This document shows, one piece after another, positions 53,618 to 62,390 of a stretch of DNA of 64,000 nt. The stretch comes from a virus. Positions within the stretch are counted from its first letter, which is position 1. Every line of letters starts with the position of its first letter. The stretch is from IMG/VR virus record IMGVR_UViG_3300020392_000005; one strand, written 5' to 3'. Made by a program: the position numbers and the translations under genes. Under the pieces are notes generated by a model, which was given only the letters and a program-made list of their open reading frames with translations, was not told the DNA's origin and searched no databases.

Positions 53618-56109
53618 ACAAAAAAACTTTCTAAACTTGCTTTTGGTTCAGCAGTCCAATTAATCGCACCCAATATAAATCTCATTGGGTCTAAAAATGT
53701 TTTCTCAAACTGCAAATCATAATCAACATATTCCTTTAGTTTAAACTCTCTAGGTAAAGTAGAGATATAACTACACACATTGAATTTGAAAGGATTAGGT
53801 TCTTTTAATAATATAAACTTAATCTTGTCACCTTCTTGTATTAAAGGATACTTGTAATCTAAATTTTGATTTTTTAGATGATAATTATATATAAGACTTC
53901 CTTTAATGTGTATCGGCGTACCTTTAATAAAAATGTCGCTAGGTGAGAAATACTTTCTCAAATTATTACAACTTCTAGGAAACGCAATCTGTTCAGGTTC
54001 ATAGTCTTTATATTCTGCTCTAAACTTTGCGATATAATTATGTAAATCAGTTTCTTCTTTATTCATAACTATTTTAATCGCTTCTCTAATCGCAACTCTA
54101 CAAACTTCAGGTGTTGAAGATTTAACTGCCTCAATGCCCATAATCTTTAGTTTAGGTTCTTCGTATCTAAAACCTTCTTCATCTAATACATTTAACATAT
54201 ATCTTTTCTTGGCAGTCCAGATACCTTTGTCTGCGATACACTCTCGTTTCATAACCATCTTTTGTTGAAATGCGTTTGTGTATCTTGCAAGTTCATTGAA
54301 ACACTTATCAATAAAAGGTTCAAGTTTATTCTCTACAACTTTATTGATAAAGTTTATCTTCTGTTCTTTAGTTTTATCTTTACATACTTTGTCAACAAGT
54401 TTATCTAAACACAAATAGATACTATCGGTATCACTTGCAACGATATAATCAACTTGGTCTTTAGTCTGTAATATATCGTTCATATATTTGTTTACTTGTT
54501 GTTCAATATACTGAATAATAAACTGCCCAGCAGTTGTAATCGCTGTCGCCTGGTGAACATTATAAAATCTAAAATACTGATTACCTATTGCACCATAAGC
54601 ACTATTCAATGATATTTTCTTTGCCCATTGTATATTATGACAACGAGATATTTCTTTTTCATATATTGGGTCTTTTGTTTTCTGAAATTCTTTCTTTGCT
54701 TCAAACTCTAATTTCTTAAAATGCACTCGGTCATTATACATCTTTTCCATAAGTTTAGGTAAGAAGCCTTGACTATCTGTTTTAAACATAGCACCATTAG
54801 GCGTAATCGTACACCCCTCCGTTTCCAGATAGTCTAAAGGCGTCTTTTGTTGCAACATTTTATTAACACTAATACCTTGAGGTTTTACACCTATCATTTT
54901 TTCAGGCGATATATTATATTGCATAATCAAATGAGGATATAGTGAGTTAATATCAAATGAAACAATCCATTTGTGTTGACCAACTTGTGGCGTCTTAACA
55001 TATGCGCCAGTATATTTCTCTTCTTTTACATTGTCGCCTCTAGGCGGCAGATGTATATTCTCTTTAAGAAGATGATTATAGATTAATGTATCCCATAGTC
55101 TTACTTCCGAAAAGACATCTTGGTAATTAATCTTTGCCTCATAGGCCATTGTTAAGATAAGTTCAATCAATCTTAACTTGTCTTCAAGTTGGTCAACAAG
55201 TTCAACATCTTTAATATTGTAATCAACAAAACTTTGAAAATCGTTTGTATACCATTCTCTAAATGTATCGTATGGGTTACTATCTTTACCATCGCTACCT
55301 AATTCTACTTTTGCGATATAGTCTAGTTTATAACTCTCTTGTCTAACAGGTATAAACTTCTTATACAAGTCAAGGTAATCTAACATTGTAATACCTTTTA
55401 TATCATAAGCAGTTTGGGCACGACCTCTTACCGTAATTTGTTCGTGTTCTATCAAACCCCAAGGCGATAATTTATTAATTACTTTGTCGCCTACTAGATG
55501 TTTTATTCTATTACATAGATAAGGTAAGTCAAAGAATTTAGTATTCCAACCTGTGATAATATCAGGATAGTTTTTAGTCCAGAATTTAAAAAACTCCATC
55601 AGTAATTGTTTTTCTGATTGACACTCAATATAGGTTACATCTGGACGCTTTGTGAAGAATGGTTTAGTTCCCCAGGTGATTATATTTTTATTTGATTGAT
55701 TTTTGATAGTAAGACATAAAATCTCTTCAATAGGATTTTCAACATCAGGGAAACCTTTTTCAGCGGTCACCTCTATATCTAATGTGAATATCTTAATTAA
55801 GTTTTTATCAAACTGAATATCACCTGGGTAGTTCTTTGCGATATACTGGAAATGATATCTGTCGTTTCCGTATAAGGGAGCAGAAGAATTTGTATAATTT
55901 CTTTTGAAGTCTCGGCACTTGTATATACTATCAAATGAGATAGGTTTTAAATTCTGACCTTGTAATGTTTTGTGATTAGTTTCGTTTTGTGTGATTGCAA
56001 ATAGAGTAGGTCTAAAATTTACCTTCTCTCTAAACTCTTCGCCTTCGTGTACACCTCTAACTAAAAGGTTGCCTTTATATTCTATTACATCTTTGTAAAA
56101 ATTAAACAT
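53614..56109 (-). CDS. gp43: Family B DNA polymerase gp43
   Basis: DIEV exo I, SFDINSLYP, K...NS.YG, DTDS, KKRY, C-terminal SLESFF. Confidence 0.98.
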   Translation of the reverse strand: MFNFYKDVIEYKGNLLVRGVHEGEEFREKVNFRPTLFAITQNETNHKTLQGQNLKPISFDSIYKCRDFKRNYTNSSAPLYGNDRYHFQYIAKNYPGDIQFDKNLIKIFTLDIEVTAEKGFPDVENPIEEILCLTIKNQSNKNIITWGTKPFFTKRPDVTYIECQSEKQLLMEFFKFWTKNYPDIITGWNTKFFDLPYLCNRIKHLVGDKVINKLSPWGLIEHEQITVRGRAQTAYDIKGITMLDYLDLYKKFIPVRQESYKLDYIAKVELGSDGKDSNPYDTFREWYTNDFQSFVDYNIKDVELVDQLEDKLRLIELILTMAYEAKINYQDVFSEVRLWDTLIYNHLLKENIHLPPRGDNVKEEKYTGAYVKTPQVGQHKWIVSFDINSLYPHLIMQYNISPEKMIGVKPQGISVNKMLQQKTPLDYLETEGCTITPNGAMFKTDSQGFLPKLMEKMYNDRVHFKKLEFEAKKEFQKTKDPIYEKEISRCHNIQWAKKISLNSAYGAIGNQYFRFYNVHQATAITTAGQFIIQYIEQQVNKYMNDILQTKDQVDYIVASDTDSIYLCLDKLVDKVCKDKTKEQKINFINKVVENKLEPFIDKCFNELARYTNAFQQKMVMKRECIADKGIWTAKKRYMLNVLDEEGFRYEEPKLKIMGIEAVKSSTPEVCRVAIREAIKIVMNKEETDLHNYIAKFRAEYKDYEPEQIAFPRSCNNLRKYFSPSDIFIKGTPIHIKGSLIYNYHLKNQNLDYKYPLIQEGDKIKFILLKEPNPFKFNVCSYISTLPREFKLKEYVDYDLQFEKTFLDPMRFILGAINWTAEPKASLESFFV

Positions 56110-56464
56110 TATTATAGTCTCTCAAATACACTTTCATACCATTATGTTTAGGTCTTAATACGACCTGACACGCTAACCTAGAATACATACGGTCATATTC
56201 AGGTTGTTGTTCTAAAATTTCTGTTTCTAAACTATTATAGTCTGCAATTCCAACTTTGTCAATATCCTCTTTAATATTAATATGACAGGTACCACAACTT
56301 TGATTGCCGCCACAATCTCCTGGTACTTCATCAATAGTAGGTTCTGCATACACACGAGCAGCATCCATCAATGTCATACCTACCGGTACTCTAACATCTT
56401 GCACTTGACCTTGTTTATTAACGAAATGAATTGTTAGAGTTTCTTTATACTCTATACCACTCAT
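56102..56464 (-). CDS. fdx: [2Fe-2S] ferredoxin (adrenodoxin/ISC type)
   Basis: CGG..SC.TCH...SRLACQ. Confidence 0.92.
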   Translation of the reverse strand: MSGIEYKETLTIHFVNKQGQVQDVRVPVGMTLMDAARVYAEPTIDEVPGDCGGNQSCGTCHINIKEDIDKVGIADYNSLETEILEQQPEYDRMYSRLACQVVLRPKHNGMKVYLRDYNNV

Positions 56465-56766
56465 TATGTTATTAATTGAGGTCCTGTTTTCTGTATTATT
56501 TTGCTTACGCTTTGATTATAACTAGCAAGTAAATCTTGTTTAGGTTCAACGATTACTAATATATGTTTCTCGTCAAAAGTAATATCGTCTGTTTCTGCAT
56601 ATGGTATATATGTGAACATACCAAACTTAATTGCCTCACCAGGTTTAGGTTGAGAAGTTGGATATATGATGTAAGGTTTCTTAATGTTTACAACACCAGA
56701 ACCTTCTTTTACTTCACCAATCAAATCTTCACCAGTTGTTAATCTTACTATCTTTATATTTTTCAT
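56464..56766 (-). CDS. Sm-like small protein
   Basis: IVRL.TGED.I, PYA, Y...S.II motif common in T4-likes. Confidence 0.7.
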   Translation of the reverse strand: MKNIKIVRLTTGEDLIGEVKEGSGVVNIKKPYIIYPTSQPKPGEAIKFGMFTYIPYAETDDITFDEKHILVIVEPKQDLLASYNQSVSKIIQKTGPQLIT

Positions 56767-56784
56767 AATATCTCCATACTATCA

Positions 56785-58272
56785 TTATTTTTTCTTTTTG
56801 TCAATAGGTGGTAACCTTTTACTTAATACAAAAGTCCTGTTAGGATTAACAGACGCATTGAACATACGGATAACTTCTCTATTAAGTAATACATCGGACC
56901 TCGCCCTAGGTCTTTGGTCTAGTCCAAATTCTATATCTTTATATGTGAAACCATTAAAGGTTAAATCTAATAGTACGGTAGTTCTTACTTCTGATGGTTC
57001 GTCTCCTTCTGCGTTTGCTCTAAACACTCTGGACTCCCCGTACTTCGGTGCCGAATATTTTTTGCCATTGTAGTTCCAAGTTACCGTTTTACCATTTACT
57101 TTGATATCTTCGGCGTGCATTGAACAAGCGTGAGCACCGTTACCTGTATCCATCTTCGCTCTAATCTTACCTATGTCACCAACTTCAATAGTCTCTAACC
57201 AACCTACCTCTTGTAGTGATTGTCTATCCCAGTTGTCTCTATCTATGACATACTTAACAAAATTCTTAACAAGTTGCTTACCTGATATTGCACCCCCAGG
57301 TGTAGGTCCTTGTAAATCTTTATATAGATAACCTTCGTAATCTGCACCAGTACCTGGCGAACCATTTACTTCTAATAGATAATGTTTACCATCGTGGATT
57401 ATATGGTCAACTCCTACTAGGTATGCTTTACTTACTCTACTTGCTTTTAATACTAATTCAATCTCTTCTTCACTTAACTTATAAGGTTTCGCTTCTGCAC
57501 CTCTATGAGTATTAGTTCTAAAGTCAAATGATGATTGTATTCTTTTTGTACTTGCAAATATCTTATTGTCTACCACGAAAGTTCTTACATCAAACTTAAC
57601 AGGCATAAATTCTTGTATCAACAATTCAGCACCGTGTTTCCATAATGCCTGAATAGTAGATACTAGGGATTCATAACTATCTAATTTTACAACACCAATA
57701 CCTTGCGTTCCTGTTAGAGTTTTTAAGACAACAGGAAACTTATTACCTATTAGTTTCATTGCGTCATCTATATTCTTCTCGTTAGAAACGAAAGCAGTTC
57801 TAGGTGTAGGTATACCAAACTTCTCAAATAATAGAGCAGTTGTCAATTTGTTATTACAAGTTAACATAGCGTTTCTAGTATTACACATAAACGCACCTGA
57901 ATTTTGAAAGGCAGATATAATTGATAATCCACTTTCATCTTCTACTGCACCTGCTCTGGTAACACAAACGGTATCTTTACCTATAAATGTATGTTCAGTA
58001 TCTTTACCATCATAGTTATAGATTGTTAGAGTATTCTTCTCTTCGTCTTTACCTGTAATGATAGCGTGTCTAGTTTCAATAACTACACACTTGATATTTA
58101 ATTCTTCGCAAGTATCGTTAATAAGTTTTACGGTAAGTTCTTTGTCTTCTTTACCACCGACTTTTCTCTTTTTTAAATTAGGATTAGTCTTGGTAACAAC
58201 GGCAATCGTAATTGGTTTGCCTTCTCGTTCAACCTTTTCTGTTATGAAATCTTTAAACTTTGGTACTTGCAT
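56785..58272 (-). CDS. rimK: RimK-family ATP-grasp ligase fused to a RimK-associated (retropepsin-like) protease
   Basis: NK..T, K...GTQG.GV, QEF, D.R, FRTN, GVD, LEVN.SPG; C-terminal AKMDTGN. Confidence 0.88.
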   Translation of the reverse strand: MQVPKFKDFITEKVEREGKPITIAVVTKTNPNLKKRKVGGKEDKELTVKLINDTCEELNIKCVVIETRHAIITGKDEEKNTLTIYNYDGKDTEHTFIGKDTVCVTRAGAVEDESGLSIISAFQNSGAFMCNTRNAMLTCNNKLTTALLFEKFGIPTPRTAFVSNEKNIDDAMKLIGNKFPVVLKTLTGTQGIGVVKLDSYESLVSTIQALWKHGAELLIQEFMPVKFDVRTFVVDNKIFASTKRIQSSFDFRTNTHRGAEAKPYKLSEEEIELVLKASRVSKAYLVGVDHIIHDGKHYLLEVNGSPGTGADYEGYLYKDLQGPTPGGAISGKQLVKNFVKYVIDRDNWDRQSLQEVGWLETIEVGDIGKIRAKMDTGNGAHACSMHAEDIKVNGKTVTWNYNGKKYSAPKYGESRVFRANAEGDEPSEVRTTVLLDLTFNGFTYKDIEFGLDQRPRARSDVLLNREVIRMFNASVNPNRTFVLSKRLPPIDKKKK

Positions 58273-58702
58273 CCGAGGTCTCTTCCTTTTTGTCTTCTAG
58301 TTTCTTACCAATATTATATTTAGCACTCAAATTCCATTCTTTCTTTTCTTTAAAAGGTAATACTTTTATCTGACTTAAAGGTGCCTTATCTTCGGCTGCC
58401 TCTTTCTTAACTACTGATATTAAGTTCCAATCTTGTAGTAGTACGGCGATTGTATTTCTTCTTTGAATATCGTTTTGAGTTAATGTTGCTTTCTTACCAT
58501 CTAAAGCAAATAGTTCTTTGAAGTGTACAATGAAGTATTTACCTTGTTTGTGAAGTATATGGCAAGATTGAAATAGTGTCTTGTCTTTACGACTTGCAAC
58601 GCCTATTCTTGTTAATGTCTCTCTTACTTTTAAAAAATCGTCAGGTTGCTTTATTGTTACCTCAAGCATATCTTCTGGCGACCAGTTAACGCTATCTGTC
58701 AT
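58253..58702 (-). CDS. regA: Translational repressor RegA
   Basis: DDFLKVRETLTRIG, QSCHILHKQG.YFIVHFKE. Confidence 0.97.
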   Translation of the reverse strand: MTDSVNWSPEDMLEVTIKQPDDFLKVRETLTRIGVASRKDKTLFQSCHILHKQGKYFIVHFKELFALDGKKATLTQNDIQRRNTIAVLLQDWNLISVVKKEAAEDKAPLSQIKVLPFKEKKEWNLSAKYNIGKKLEDKKEETSDASTKV

Positions 58703-59094
58703 TTCTGTTTTCTCCCACCCTTTTGCAAGGATTTTTTTATAAGTTCAATTTGTTGTTTAGTCAATATGCTGAGAGCGGTCTTTGCTTTTTCATTACTATA
58801 ACCATAATACTCTTTTACATACTCTAAATTTGAAAGTTTTTCAACTTTTGCCCAACGAGCAAATCGCTTTTTCTTTCTTACAATATTTAGTAAAAACGAA
58901 TATTGAACCTGATTGGGAAGAAAATGATACCCGTTCATTTCATTTGCAATGGGTAAGGTATCGTGGTGATAAGATAGACAACGATTAACAATATACGCTG
59001 GGTACTTCTTCTCCCAGAATATATCTCCGTCTGCCATCAAGTCCTGTTTAGTGAAGTTAATACTATTCAGGTAATCTTTGAGTTCGTAAGCCAT
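58699..59094 (-). CDS. gp62: Clamp loader small subunit gp62
   Basis: YP.YIVNR.LS, ANEMN, EYYGYS.EKA. Confidence 0.93.
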   Translation of the reverse strand: MAYELKDYLNSINFTKQDLMADGDIFWEKKYPAYIVNRCLSYHHDTLPIANEMNGYHFLPNQVQYSFLLNIVRKKKRFARWAKVEKLSNLEYVKEYYGYSNEKAKTALSILTKQQIELIKKSLQKGGRKQK

Positions 59095-60038
59095 TATTTA
59101 AACTTACAATTTGCCATTATCTCGGTTAGACAAGCGACCATATTAATTTCTTGGTCTGCGACAAAAGCCGCCTTGTACTGATAACCTGCAAGAATAAGAA
59201 CAGATTGAGGTATAGATTTAGGGTCTAGTGCTTTATGTAATAACTCATAGATTGCTCTAAACATAGAGACAGGCTCTTTATCTATATTCTGTATAACCCA
59301 TTTACGCATATCATTAAATCTTTTTTCTTTTAATGTTGCGATTAGTTCTTTATTGTTTGCTTCTGATATGGAAAATAGTATCCCGCTATCAATCTTACCT
59401 CTTACTGAATATCTTTGAAGTTCATTGATAGTCCGTCTGAAATCAGGAAAGTGTTTGATAATTAATTCTGCTAATACTTTTTTATCAAAAGGTACCTTCT
59501 CTTCATTTAGAACACTAGTTAATCTTGTTAATAACTGGTCAGCACATTTCTTTCGTTGACCATTTACAACTTTAAAATCAATAACCGTACACCTTGATTG
59601 TAAGGCAGGTATGATTTTACTTTTAAAATTACAAGTAAATATAAATCTACAATTCTTATGAAACTCTTCCATAAAGTTTCTTAACGCAGGTTGCACACTA
59701 TCAGCATTTGTATAGTCTGCCTCGTCTAATATAATAACTTTATGTGGGGAATCTTCTGTAAGACTTACGGTACTCGCAAAGTTTTTGATTGTAGTTCTCA
59801 ATGTATCAATTTGACGACCTTCGTCTGACCCATTGAGGACCATATAATCAACACCTAACTCTTCACACAAAGCACGAGCAACGGTTGTCTTACCTGTGCC
59901 TGCTGTGCCTGATAGAAGTAGGTGACTTATCTGACCTTGTTTTAGAAAGTTTTGAAAAGTAGTTTTGATATCCTCTGGTAGAATACACTCACTAATTTTC
60001 TTGGGACGATATTTCTCAACCCATAAAAAATCTGCCAT
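59094..60038 (-). CDS. gp44: Clamp loader large subunit gp44
   Basis: LWVEKYRP, GTGKTT, DEAD, SRC, PDFRR. Confidence 0.97.
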   Translation of the reverse strand: MADFLWVEKYRPKKISECILPEDIKTTFQNFLKQGQISHLLLSGTAGTGKTTVARALCEELGVDYMVLNGSDEGRQIDTLRTTIKNFASTVSLTEDSPHKVIILDEADYTNADSVQPALRNFMEEFHKNCRFIFTCNFKSKIIPALQSRCTVIDFKVVNGQRKKCADQLLTRLTSVLNEEKVPFDKKVLAELIIKHFPDFRRTINELQRYSVRGKIDSGILFSISEANNKELIATLKEKRFNDMRKWVIQNIDKEPVSMFRAIYELLHKALDPKSIPQSVLILAGYQYKAAFVADQEINMVACLTEIMANCKFK

Positions 60039-60058
60039 AATATATACCTCATCACAAT

Positions 60059-60724
60059 TTAAAATTCACTTTCAGGTTCTAATGCAATCCAGTATTGTAC
60101 TGGTTTTTGTCTTCCAACAAAATGACTTATCTTCTGTTTTGAAACAGAAACATCATAATCATCTTCAATCATTTTAAAGTTTTCTGCCTTGAAGTATGCT
60201 TTGAAAGTCTTATCAGTTGTACCGATATCAATACTAAACTTATTAGACGCTTTGTTTTTTCTGTCATTAGCGACTAACTGAATTGTACTGCCGTTACCTA
60301 TAACTTCAATGTCAGGCAAGTTAAGAGTAACCACACCTTTCATTAATTTTGATAAGTTGTCTTTAGATAATTTAAATGCGATTTCAGTATCAGGCATTGT
60401 TATCGTTTTAGTAGGTGCAACAATAACTGATTTATCAGCGAAAGTATATTTACTAGCAGACTTACCATCTTTGCCAGATATACCTACACTTGTTCCACCA
60501 TTAAACTTCAATGTTGGAGTTTCAAATAAATCTAAAGTTCTCAAAAATTCAGGCAAGTCATATATTGCAAACTCTTGCTCAAAGTTTTCTTTAATACTAG
60601 CAGTTGCCAGTATGTTTTTCATAGTAGAAATTGTATTTAATTTCTCACCAGGTTTAACCAGAATATTCTGATTAATATTCGCAAAGTTTTTTAAGATTGC
60701 GATTGTATCGTTAGATAGGTTCAT
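60059..60724 (-). CDS. gp45: Sliding clamp gp45
   Basis: LKNFA.IN, FAIYDL.EFL, YWIALE. Confidence 0.95.
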   Translation of the reverse strand: MNLSNDTIAILKNFANINQNILVKPGEKLNTISTMKNILATASIKENFEQEFAIYDLPEFLRTLDLFETPTLKFNGGTSVGISGKDGKSASKYTFADKSVIVAPTKTITMPDTEIAFKLSKDNLSKLMKGVVTLNLPDIEVIGNGSTIQLVANDRKNKASNKFSIDIGTTDKTFKAYFKAENFKMIEDDYDVSVSKQKISHFVGRQKPVQYWIALEPESEF

Positions 60725-60750
60725 AATAAAGTTTCTCCTTAATTGTTTTC

Positions 60751-60779
60751 ATTATATAATAGTGTGGGTCCTTTGTCAA
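60751..60779 (-). promoter_or_regulatory. Sigma70-type promoter for the gp45 operon
   Basis: Perfect TTGACA-N17-TATAAT. Confidence 0.85.
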
Positions 60780-60786
60780 TAGGCGA

Positions 60787-61326
60787 CTAATTATTTCGTA
60801 AATAGTCAATAACATTTTTAGGTGTACTCTCAAAGTAAGGGTCATCATCTAATCCTTCGTTATTAATTCCAGGTTCTTGCCACCATTTCTCAATAACTCC
60901 GTCATTGATAACAGCCATATATCTCCAAGAACGATTACCGAAACCTAGATGGTTCTTACCTACAAGCATACCCATAAATCGTGTAAAGTTTCCTGAGCCA
61001 TCAGGTATCATTTTGACATTATCAATACCTAAACTCTTTGCCCAAGCGTTCATAACGAAACTATCGTTTACTGAAACGCAATAGACATCATCTACAGCTA
61101 GAAGTTTAATCTGACCATACTCTTTTTCAAAGCCTGGTAGTTGTTGTGAGGAACAAGTAGGCGTAAATGCACCTGGGAGAGAGAAAAGAACAACACGCTT
61201 ACCTTTAAAGTAATCGTCTGTCGTCATATTCTTCCACTCACCACCGATTGCACACCCGCCGTCTGTTGGAACCTCGTCACCAGTTCTAACTCTAAATGTA
61301 ACCTTTGGGATTTTCATACCTTGCAT
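60787..61326 (-). CDS. Peroxiredoxin (Prx5 type)
   Basis: LPGAFTPTCS, SVND.FVM.AW, RSWRY. Confidence 0.95.
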   Translation of the reverse strand: MQGMKIPKVTFRVRTGDEVPTDGGCAIGGEWKNMTTDDYFKGKRVVLFSLPGAFTPTCSSQQLPGFEKEYGQIKLLAVDDVYCVSVNDSFVMNAWAKSLGIDNVKMIPDGSGNFTRFMGMLVGKNHLGFGNRSWRYMAVINDGVIEKWWQEPGINNEGLDDDPYFESTPKNVIDYLRNN

Positions 61327-61365
61327 ATAGTTTACTCCATATTATAATTAACAAATCAATTCACT

Positions 61366-61394
61366 AATATATCAAATTGAGGTGGGATTGTCAA
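61366..61394 (-). promoter_or_regulatory. Sigma70-type promoter
   Basis: TTGACA-N17-TATATT. Confidence 0.6.
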
Positions 61395-61418
61395 TAGCCT
61401 GGCCCGAAGGCCAGACTA
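61395..61418 (-). terminator. cUUCGg hairpin terminator after hsp20
   Basis: TAGTCTGGCC-TTCG-GGCCAGGCTA. Confidence 0.75.
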
Positions 61419-61428
61419 TCTATTAATA

Positions 61429-61869
61429 TTACTTAATCGCAATATTTCTTGGTTTCTTATGGTCAGGTATAATTCTTTCCATAGATACCTTTAAAAGACC
61501 GTCTTTCAACTCGGCACCTTTGACTTCTACATCATCAGCGATTGTGAAAGATTTAGAAAAATACCTTTTAGCGATACCTTTATGGATTACTTCGCCATCT
61601 TTAGTTTCTTCTTTGTCTTCTTTTTTAGATTTAATTGATAGTACACCTTCTTCTAGGTTTACTTCAATGTCTTTTTTTGAATAACCAGCAAGAGCGATTT
61701 CTATATCGTACTTGTTCTTATCAGTTTTCACAATATTGTAATGTGGAAAACTAGGCATACTTGATAACATATCGCCTTCAAACATTTGTTCAAAATGGTC
61801 AAAGACATTATCAAATCCTACTGATACTGGTCTTAATTGATTGAAAATAGATAGTGCTTTATGTGTCAT
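61429..61869 (-). CDS. hsp20: Small heat shock protein Hsp20 (IbpA-like)
   Basis: FP.YNI, IEIALAG, HKGIA.R.F, A.L.DGLL, I.I tail. Confidence 0.96.
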   Translation of the reverse strand: MTHKALSIFNQLRPVSVGFDNVFDHFEQMFEGDMLSSMPSFPHYNIVKTDKNKYDIEIALAGYSKKDIEVNLEEGVLSIKSKKEDKEETKDGEVIHKGIAKRYFSKSFTIADDVEVKGAELKDGLLKVSMERIIPDHKKPRNIAIK

Positions 61870-61937
61870 TTCTAACCTCCTTTATTAAGCAAAGTTATTT
61901 TCTTTATATTACGACACCCTATTAGGCGTGTCATTAT

Positions 61938-61945
61938 TATTTATA
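61938..61945 (-). promoter_or_regulatory. T4-type late promoter for hsp20
   Basis: TATAAATA followed by a GACAC/GTGTC leader hairpin. Confidence 0.8.
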
Positions 61946-61969
61946 TAATCATTATTATATAAAATTCAA

Positions 61970-62165
61970 GTGGCTGTTTCTTTAAAGAGTATACAGCCAA
62001 AACTCTAGCGCTTTAGGTTCTTTTTTTAGATGTTGAACCACAGGGACACCCCAAACAAACATCAGCGACACCGCATTTGATTTTTGAAATCTGGTAGCGG
62101 CAACCTTTTACGCCTCAACTAGGACTTACGAACAGCCTAGCATATTATATATATCGGCGTAAAAC
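61970..62165 (-). ncRNA. Candidate structured RNA with two tandem H-type pseudoknots
   Basis: Several complementary pairs in a relatively GC-rich gap with no ORF in the track (see findings). Confidence 0.6.
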
Positions 62166-62167
62166 CC

Positions 62168-62377
62168 TTAATAACCTCTTTGAGCTTTTAATTTCTTCTG
62201 CTTCTTAATCCAAGCTCTAGTCATTTCTTTCTTTTTACGATTTCTTTTATCGCAAGGCTTTTCATAATATTGCCTTTGTCTCAACTCTTTAACAATACCT
62301 GCTTTCTGTACCTTCTTTTTAAGTACTCGCATTGCTTGTTCCAAGTTGTTATTTCTTACAACGACCGTTATACTCAC
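62168..62377 (-). CDS. rpsU: Ribosomal protein bS21
   Basis: V.VRNNN.EQA.R.LKKK....G...ELR.R.YYEKP...R.RKK. Confidence 0.93.
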   Translation of the reverse strand: MSITVVVRNNNLEQAMRVLKKKVQKAGIVKELRQRQYYEKPCDKRNRKKKEMTRAWIKKQKKLKAQRGY

Positions 62378-62390
62378 TTACATTACCTCC

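Noticed and set aside
22321-56109. Introns or inteins in nrdA, nrdB, gp41, uvsX or gp43
   Set aside because: All are continuous, of normal length, and show no splicing motifs.
337-60671. All plus-strand ORFs in the track (e.g. 14871-15389, 15989-16522, 28606-29475, 37997-38578)
   Set aside because: They are antisense shadows of well-supported minus-strand genes, rich in Ser/Phe/Leu, and show no recognisable family motifs.
61970-62006. preQ1-I riboswitch-like shape (AGAG stem plus A-rich tail)
   Set aside because: It lacks the conserved preQ1 loop nucleotides, its second stem is long, and no queuosine gene follows; kept only as a generic pseudoknot.
2163-62377. Host chromosomal contamination suggested by iscU, sufE, adk, rpsU and ssrA
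   Set aside because: These genes are interleaved with T4-like genes on the same strand, several are coupled to their neighbours, and they share the same composition.
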